A stretch of 42,893 nt of DNA from NCBI GenBank assembly GCA_001724245.1, contig MEDX01000024.1, forward strand, positions 1-42,893, in the 5' to 3' direction. A program made the position numbers and the translations under genes. Under the pieces are notes generated by a model. That model saw only the letters and a list, made by a program, of their open reading frames with translations. It did not search any database and was not told where the DNA came from. Below, in pieces: positions 36,410 to 42,893 of this stretch. The first letter of the stretch is position 1, and the number at the start of each line of letters is the position of its first letter. The DNA is from Fonticula-like sp. SCN 57-25. Its lineage: Eukaryota.

Positions 36410-37116
36410 CTACTCGTCGTCTTGGCTCAAATCTTCGTCGTCGTCCTCGCCATCGTCGGCGCCCACGTCGCCGGCGTCGTCGGGTATTACGCTCTCTTCC
36501 TCTGCCTTTTGTGGCTCGGCCGATGACGATGCCGACGCCACCGATGCCTTTGGCAATGACACGCGCGACATCTGCAACGTCATCACCTGCTCGTCGTCCT
36601 CCTCTTCGCTGTCGTCGTCGTCCTCCTCGCCCTCCTTGGCCCCGGTCGTTGTCTTGCGGATATACGTGCGACGCACGCGCTCGCTCATGCCGCTGACCAT
36701 GCGGTCCTCTTCGTCGGCGAGCGCCTGCAGCTGCGCGGGCGTCAACGGATCCCTGAGTTGCGCAGCAGGTTAGCACACCACATAGAAGAGCGAAACGCGT
36801 ACTTTGAGACCACGTCACGCTCCAAAAGACACTTGGCGCAGACCTTCTTGCTCTTGGCGCACGGGTCGCATACCACGTGGTACGCCTTGTTGATTGTCTT
36901 TTGTTCGCACCAGACGCACTTTTTGAGCGACGTGAGGGGCTTGTACTTGCGGTACTGCTTGCGCCACTCAAGCGTCGCGTGGCAGCGCTGGCAGAGGCCA
37001 GAGATCGGCGATGCCAGAATGGCCGCCGTCTTGGAACTCTTCGGGTTGTGCTTCCACGCAGTCTTGTTCTGGTGAGCGGGCGCTCCGCGAGTCACTCCGC
37101 CGCGACGAGAGCTCAT
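36410..37116 (-). CDS. C9orf85/DUF2039-like zinc-finger protein with acidic tail
   Basis: HQNKTAWKHN, GLCQRCHATLEWRKQYRKYKPL, CVWC..AYHVVCDPCA..VCAKC. Intron 36753-36802. Confidence 0.85.
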
Positions 37117-37240
37117 GGCGCTATGGGGATGCACACGCCACGCGAGCTCAGAATCGATGCAAACTGACAAGTTTGCCTTGCTGTCTGCTTTTACACCATT
37201 GGACCGCGATGGGAACTGCGTAGTCTGATTGGTCGGCACG

Positions 37241-37649
37241 ATGACGTGGCGGGGGATCGCGGCGGCCGTCCTGCTGCTGCTCCTGGCGGCGCATGTGGAG
37301 GCAGCAGGGGTGCGCGCGCCATGACGCATGCTGTAGCCTTGCGTCTTACACCCACTTAGAAACAACCAGAGTTTAAAACGCGTGAACATGCTTGCAAGAC
37401 CGAGTGCAGCGTTCGAGTGACTTTCGATGCCACCGCTGAGCAGCTCAACTGCCTCAAGCGCTGCATTTCAGACGAATGCTATGAGAAGGTGTACGCCGAA
37501 GACCCGGTACGCTTGGAGATCATGTTTGCTTGCGTCGCTTTTAGCTTATTTGGAGTTCTGGTCAGCTGGAGGTAGGAGAAATCGATGACCGCCTTGTAGA
37601 GTTTAAAAAGTGCTTCACCAACCTTGACCGCAACAAGGCACGCGCCTGA
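37241..37649 (+). CDS. Small secreted Cys-rich protein (DUF4787-like), absent from the ORF track
   Basis: Signal peptide MTWRGIAAAVLLLLLAAHVEA, then spliced CLKRCISDECYEKVYAEDP|LEVGEIDDRLVEFKKCF. Introns 37310-37359 and ~37507-37565. Confidence 0.75.
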
Positions 37650-37825
37650 CCGCATTTCACCACAAGCATTGTTATCTGTATTTGTATCGCAAGTCTTTTT
37701 TTGTTTAGCACGCCAATTTTAGTCATATCGCACTCTTTGTTGTTTCATCCGTGACCCGGTCAACGTCGGCCGATGATGACGCCATACCTGTCCCACAGAT
37801 CCCTGGACGCGCATCCAACCGCACG

Positions 37826-39414
37826 ATGTCTGCAGCGCGAAAGCGCATACTTTTCCTTCTCGTAGTGGCTGCCCTCTCTTTATGGTATTACTTTCCGCGG
37901 CATCGCGTCGTGCTCGTGGTCGAGGTACAAGATTGCAAGGCTGGCTGGAACGAGGCGTTTTCCTCCTTTGGCGCCCTGCCCGACCGCTTTGTCCACGTCG
38001 TAATGGTACAGTGGGCGGCCTGTGGCGGCTATACGCAGCGCCCCGCGAACCGCGTCACCACCATGCGGATGCCTGCGTCCATACGCGACACGTGGGCTAC
38101 CCGCGCGTTCATCCTGTCGCACATCAAATGCCCGCCTGGTGCCACTGTGATCTTTATGAAGGGTGACGGCCACACGCAGCAACACATTGCGTCCACCTTT
38201 TCTGACCCGGTCCACCTCACGAAACGGTACTCGGCTTCGGGAGCTGACGTGGCCGCCCTCGTCGGCTCGGTGCGCGCGACCCGCCTATCGTTGCTTGCGC
38301 TGACGTTGGACAAAAGTCGCTCAATATCGACTATTCGGAGGCCAATGTTGCACGGATGGTCGCATCGGCCGTGCCGCCCGGCTCCTGCCGATCTGTGGAC
38401 GCATTTTCACCCGAGCAGGCGGCCGTGACCGTCCTCTCGTCAGACCATCTCCTCAGCAGCCCGCCGGCGCCGCGCTCAGGATGGGCGCCGCTCCTTCTCC
38501 GTTCGGCGGTCGTATGCGCCTCTCCTGACACCGGCATTGCTGCTCCTCAGCCTCAGCTGCCCGACATCCACGCGGCCACCGAGGCGCTCGCGCGCTGGTG
38601 CGACCGGCAGGGCGGCCGCGTGTGGGCGCTCGAGGCGCCGCCGACCGGCCTGTCATTGTACTGCCGCTATGGCCGCGTCTGCCCGTCACCGCCTCCGACG
38701 CCCCCGGCGCGCCGCCGCGACTGCGCCTTGTGGCGACCAGACGAGCTCGGCACGCGAGCGACGGCGCTTTCCCGTGCGACGGCGCTCGGCCTCGCACGCG
38801 ACGCTTCTGCGCCATATCTGTTCATTGCGGTTCGCAGCGCAGCTTCGCGCGGCTATATGCGCGCCGCCGCTAGCGAGACGTGGATTGCAGAGGGCAAGGC
38901 GACGCTTGACGGCCAGTGGGCGGCCAAGTTTTTTGTCTGCGCGCGCCGTGCGGATACCGCACTGCGGGAGGAGGCGAACCGCGAAGGCGACCTCGTGCTG
39001 CTCGACTGCGACGGTGGCAGCGAGCGGCAGCGCATCTATGACTGGATCGGACAGCACGCGCCGTTCCCGATGGTAGCGAGCGTGCCGGACAGCGCGTACG
39101 TCAGCGTCGAGCGGCTTGTTGAGGGGCTCAACCTGCATGGCGGCACTACTGACGTGCTTATCGGCTTCGACGACGACTGCCGCTCGGACAACGTGGCCCT
39201 GTCGCGCGACTTTGCTCTGCTTCTCAGTGAGGTGGCAGCGGGAGGCGACACTGTGGGCTCGCTGATTGCGCGCTACGCGGGGCACACGGAGGGCGGGCGA
39301 CAGGTGCCGGTCGCCCAGAGAGGATGCCCTGTGGGTGACAACGCAATCGCGTTCGATGTCGCGGACCTTCGACACGCTCACCGATATCAGCATGACGCGG
39401 CGGCTCGCTGCTAA
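37826..39414 (+). CDS. Type II membrane protein with degenerate GT31 (beta-1,3-galactosyltransferase-like) C-terminal domain
   Basis: Signal anchor, then LFIAVRSA..MRAAASETW..KFFV..LREEANREGDLVLLD. Phase-0 intron 38270-38316 joins the two ORFs. Confidence 0.65.
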
Positions 39415-39848
39415 TACAGCCCTTTGTATCTTAGCCTCTTTCCTACACATCAAATATAGATCGCCATGATCATGCACATCGTCCTCTGCCCGCCCCAAAC
39501 TCTGTACCTGCATTGAAGACAATGTCTAGACTCGAAAACGATTGGCTTGCTCCAGTGGATCGCACCAATGGAAAGCCAGATCGCCTATTGCGTGAGCCAA
39601 TCGTATAATTTACTGGCTTCTTTTCCAACCTTGAAAGCATCAGCGACATTGTTTGCACGTTGCGGCAAGTGAAGACGTCGGCAGGCCGACCATCGGATTC
39701 GATTTTTGGAGGAACCCGGCGTAGTCGAGCGGGTAGAGAAAGAGCGGTTATACCGGTTTGTGGCTGGGGAGCTCTTGCTGGACGCCTTGAAAGTACATTT
39801 TTTGTAGCTTGGAATTCCTCTTTACGGCTGGTTCGGTCAAGGGCAAAA

Positions 39849-40609
39849 TGACGTTTTCGCCGCCCACGAGCGCCCTTGATTTTAGCGAGCGCTTTGAGCG
39901 CGTCGCGGCAGAGGTAATGCCTCTTGATGCTTTTTTTCCAAAACTGGCCAGCAGCAGCTCGAGCGTGACGGACCGGAGAAAGGTCCGTGGCTCGCGACCA
40001 ATGACGCAGGAGGAGCGTCGAAGCGCAACGTTGGCCGCGTGCGTCCGCTCGCGAAAAAATGCCGCCGTGACGCGCAATGTTTTTGTGGAAATTGTCAAGC
40101 CCGCCCCTCTTATTGACGCGTTCCTTCGGACGTGCACTGCTCATGAGCGAGCGCGCGTTGGCCGCATTGCTTTTACCCTTCTTGTCAAGGTCGGCCTCAT
40201 CGACTGCCCGTACGCCGATGAGCTGATGCTGGACTCGTATGCGCGCGAGGCGGTGCGCCCCGGCCCCGACGGGCGGCTTCAAATTCGCGACTTTGAGATT
40301 CTCCCCATCCACGCGGCCGGTCTGGAGAGCGCGAGCAATTTGCGCAATGGCCAGAAGGACCTCTTCCTTCGGCAGATCGCGTGCGTCCGCCTCAACGATC
40401 CCGGAGGTGACCGCGGCCGCTACAACTTTACCCTCGGCGCCCTGGAGGAGCACGTGCCCGAGGTGAGGCGCGCCATCACATACGGGCTGCACGTTGTCCG
40501 CGGCTGCAAGCTTTCCGTTGACAACGAGGTTTTCAGCCTCCACGATTTTGAGCGGGAGATGCTCGCTGACGCGACGCCAGTGTGCGCGCCCAGGAATGTC
40601 CTGTTGTAG
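39849..40609 (+). CDS. Hypothetical protein (5' end uncertain)
   Basis: About 253-codon ORF with the host-like GC3 bias. No recognisable domain. Confidence 0.5.
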
Positions 40610-40931
40610 CGAGCGCGGGTCGCCCACCAACAACGCACTCGGTACAAGCATTCTCACTCTAGATAGCATTGCATCTTTTTATCCTGGTCTCTTCGCCACC
40701 GGCGCGTGGCCGCCTTATTGACCTTTCATATCCCACACACGTTTCTGCGACCCTATAATATTGCAATATTTTTTTGAATACATGTTGCCTACCGCCATTC
40801 CATTCCGCCACTTGTCCATTTTAAAACGCGCTAGTGCCTTGTAAGAGCGGCACTTTGTCTGTGCTTTGCATTTCACTTGCGTTTCCCGCGCAAGAGCCCA
40901 CTTGCAGCAGTTTACACGCTCAGTTTGCACC

Positions 40932-42693
40932 ATGTCGGCCGCCTGGCTGGTCACGTGTGTTCGGCGGACGGGGCGGCTGGCCGCCACCCGCGCGGTGAGC
41001 ACGCTGGCAGGCGCCGGTGCGCCGCTTTTACCTGTGCATGTCTATGTCGCTAACCGCACTGTGCCACCTAGATGCCCAGCATTTGTCGGCCAAGTACAAT
41101 GTCACGGTCGATGACGCATGCAACATCCCGCAATCGCTTCTGGCCAAGGTGGGCCGTGATCTGCACCGCCAGCCTCGGCATCCGCTCAACACGATCAAGG
41201 TGCTCATTGAGACTGCGCTGCAGAAGCACGCAAAGCTAGAGGCTGAGTCGCCGTACAAGGTGTTTGACGCGCTCCCGCCGTTCGTGTCGACAAAGGACAA
41301 CTTTGACGATCTCCTGACGCCGGCCGATCACGTCAGCCGGCGGCCCACCGACACGTACTACGCCAACCGCGGCACGGTGCTGCGCACGCACACGTCCGCG
41401 CACCAGTCGCAGCTCTACCGCGCCCGAGAGGTGCGAATCCTTGCCGCGCACACTTGCCCTAATGATGATGTTCAGAGGTCGTTTGTCGTGGCCGCCGACG
41501 TGTACCGCCGCGACGAGATCGACAGCTCGCACTACCCGGCCTTCCACCAAATGGAGGGCGTCCGCCTCTTTGACGCCGAAAAGGTACATGCTGGCGGCCT
41601 GCGGCGGGACCGCATCGGCGACACTGGCCCCCACGAAGAGTCCGTCTTTCGTTCCTGTGAATCATACTCATGTGTGCGTATAGGCAAGCGGCCATTCAGC
41701 CGGCACACTCGGTGCAAATTGCGTCTTTTGTGGAGCGTCACCTCAAGAACACTTTGAATTTTTTGCTGGAAGAGCTCTTTCACGGTCGCTACCCTGTACG
41801 TCTCTTTTGTTCGGTACCCGCTGGCGTGTTTTGTATATGCGTGGGCATTTGCTGTGTATGTATTGAGTGAATACTTGTGTGTGTATGTGTGTACGTTTAT
41901 ATATGTGTTTGTGTGTCTGCGCACTTGCTTTGTGTGTATATTCTGCTCTATTTCCTTCCCTTCCCTCGCCCCGTATCTAATCCTCTCGCCAGATCCGCTG
42001 GATCGATGCCGAGTTCCCCTTCACACGCAGCTCGTGGGAAGTCGAAATCGAGCACGCGCCCGGCGAGTGGATGGAAGTCCTCGGCTGCGGCGTCATCCAG
42101 CAGCAGATCCTCGACCACAACGGCTGTGAGGACCAGGTGGGCTGGGCATTTGGCCTCGGCCTCGAGCGCCTCGCTATGCTCCTCTTTGAGATCCCCGACA
42201 TCCGCCTCTTCTGGAGCGAGGTGCGTCGCCTTGTACTGCTGACACTTGGCTGACTTTTCGTATCAGGACCCGCGGTTCATCAGCCAGTTTGAGGAGGGAA
42301 AGATCGTCAAGTTTGCCCCGTACTCGCGCTTCCCCGCCTGCTACAAGGACATTACCTTTTGGCACCCGCCGCAAGGCATCCACGAGAACGACTTTTTCGA
42401 GCTCGTGCGTTCCGTCGGCGGCGACCTCGTCGAGAACGTCAAGCTGGTACGCCTTTAAGCGCTTGCCTGCCATTGCTAAGCGTGTGACAGATTGACAGGT
42501 TTGAGCACAAGACAAAGGGCGTCAGCACTTGCTACCGCATCCTCTACCGCTCCATGGACAGGTGCGCGGCGGTTCACAAGCGTATCCTTTCTAACTAGCA
42601 TTGAATAGGTCGCTCACGAATGAGGAGATTAATGTGCTGCAGCAGGCCGTCCGCGACAAGGCAAGCGCCGAGCTCGCCTGCGTGCTTCGCTAG
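40932..42693 (+). CDS. FARS2: Mitochondrial phenylalanyl-tRNA synthetase
   Basis: [59 protein letters not shown] and an FDX-ACB tail. Seven introns. Confidence 0.95.
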
Positions 42694-42838
42694 ATAAAAA
42701 AGAATGATACTATAACATCACCATTTTTGATATTTGCAATACAGTCTGTCCCATACACCAATAAATGCTTCTTCCCACGCCAAAAGGGGGATCGATCAGT
42801 TTGCAGTTTGCAGTATTATTGGTGGCCGGGCTCTAAAG

Positions 42839-42893
42839 ATGCTCGCGAGCCAGGCACCGCGCCTTGCGGTCGGTGCGCCGCGCGCGCGTGTTG
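42839..42893 (+). CDS. Possible first exon of the next gene (3'-truncated)
   Basis: ATG preceded by the TCAGTTTGCA motif and followed by a GTGCGC donor-like site. Confidence 0.3.
   Translation, partial: MLASQAPRLAVGAPRARV

Noticed and set aside
41830-41945. TG/TA-rich low-complexity tract
   Set aside because: Ordinary intronic simple sequence inside FARS2.
1-42893. Stop-codon reassignment or programmed frameshifting to explain the broken ORFs
   Set aside because: Every break in a recognised gene is resolved by a GT-AG intron, usually with a CTRAY branch site. TAA, TAG and TGA all act as normal terminators.

Overview
Gene-dense, GC-rich eukaryotic nuclear DNA with about 22 protein-coding genes. 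About 70 short spliceosomal introns (mostly 45-75 nt, some T-rich 150-250 nt) break these genes, so the ORF track fragments them. In order: Prp5/DDX46 3' end, MFS transporter, saccharopine-dehydrogenase-like protein, NOP9, PWP2, FAD synthase, F-box protein, ERMP1-like M28 peptidase, alpha-ketoacid dehydrogenase kinase, CNDP2/Dug1, PIWI-clade Argonaute, Zn2Cys6-PAS transcription factor, PX-BAR sorting nexin, intronless glycosyltransferase-like gene, RapGAP, monoacylglycerol lipase, RGP1, C9orf85-like, DUF4787-like, GT31-like, an orphan ORF and mitochondrial PheRS. PIWI together with a fungal-type Zn cluster suggests a unicellular non-dikaryan eukaryote, possibly an opisthokont protist (inference). 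The most notable signals are four. (1) Splice donors are almost all GTRCGY, with +4 C and no +4 A in any coding intron I reconstructed. (2) The PIWI is catalytically intact and has an RG-rich N-terminus. (3) Three tandem CArG boxes lie upstream of PIWI. (4) Motifs recur or are phased in very short, often bidirectional promoters. No rRNA, tRNA, CRISPR array or transposase was recognised. All gene models were built by eye.
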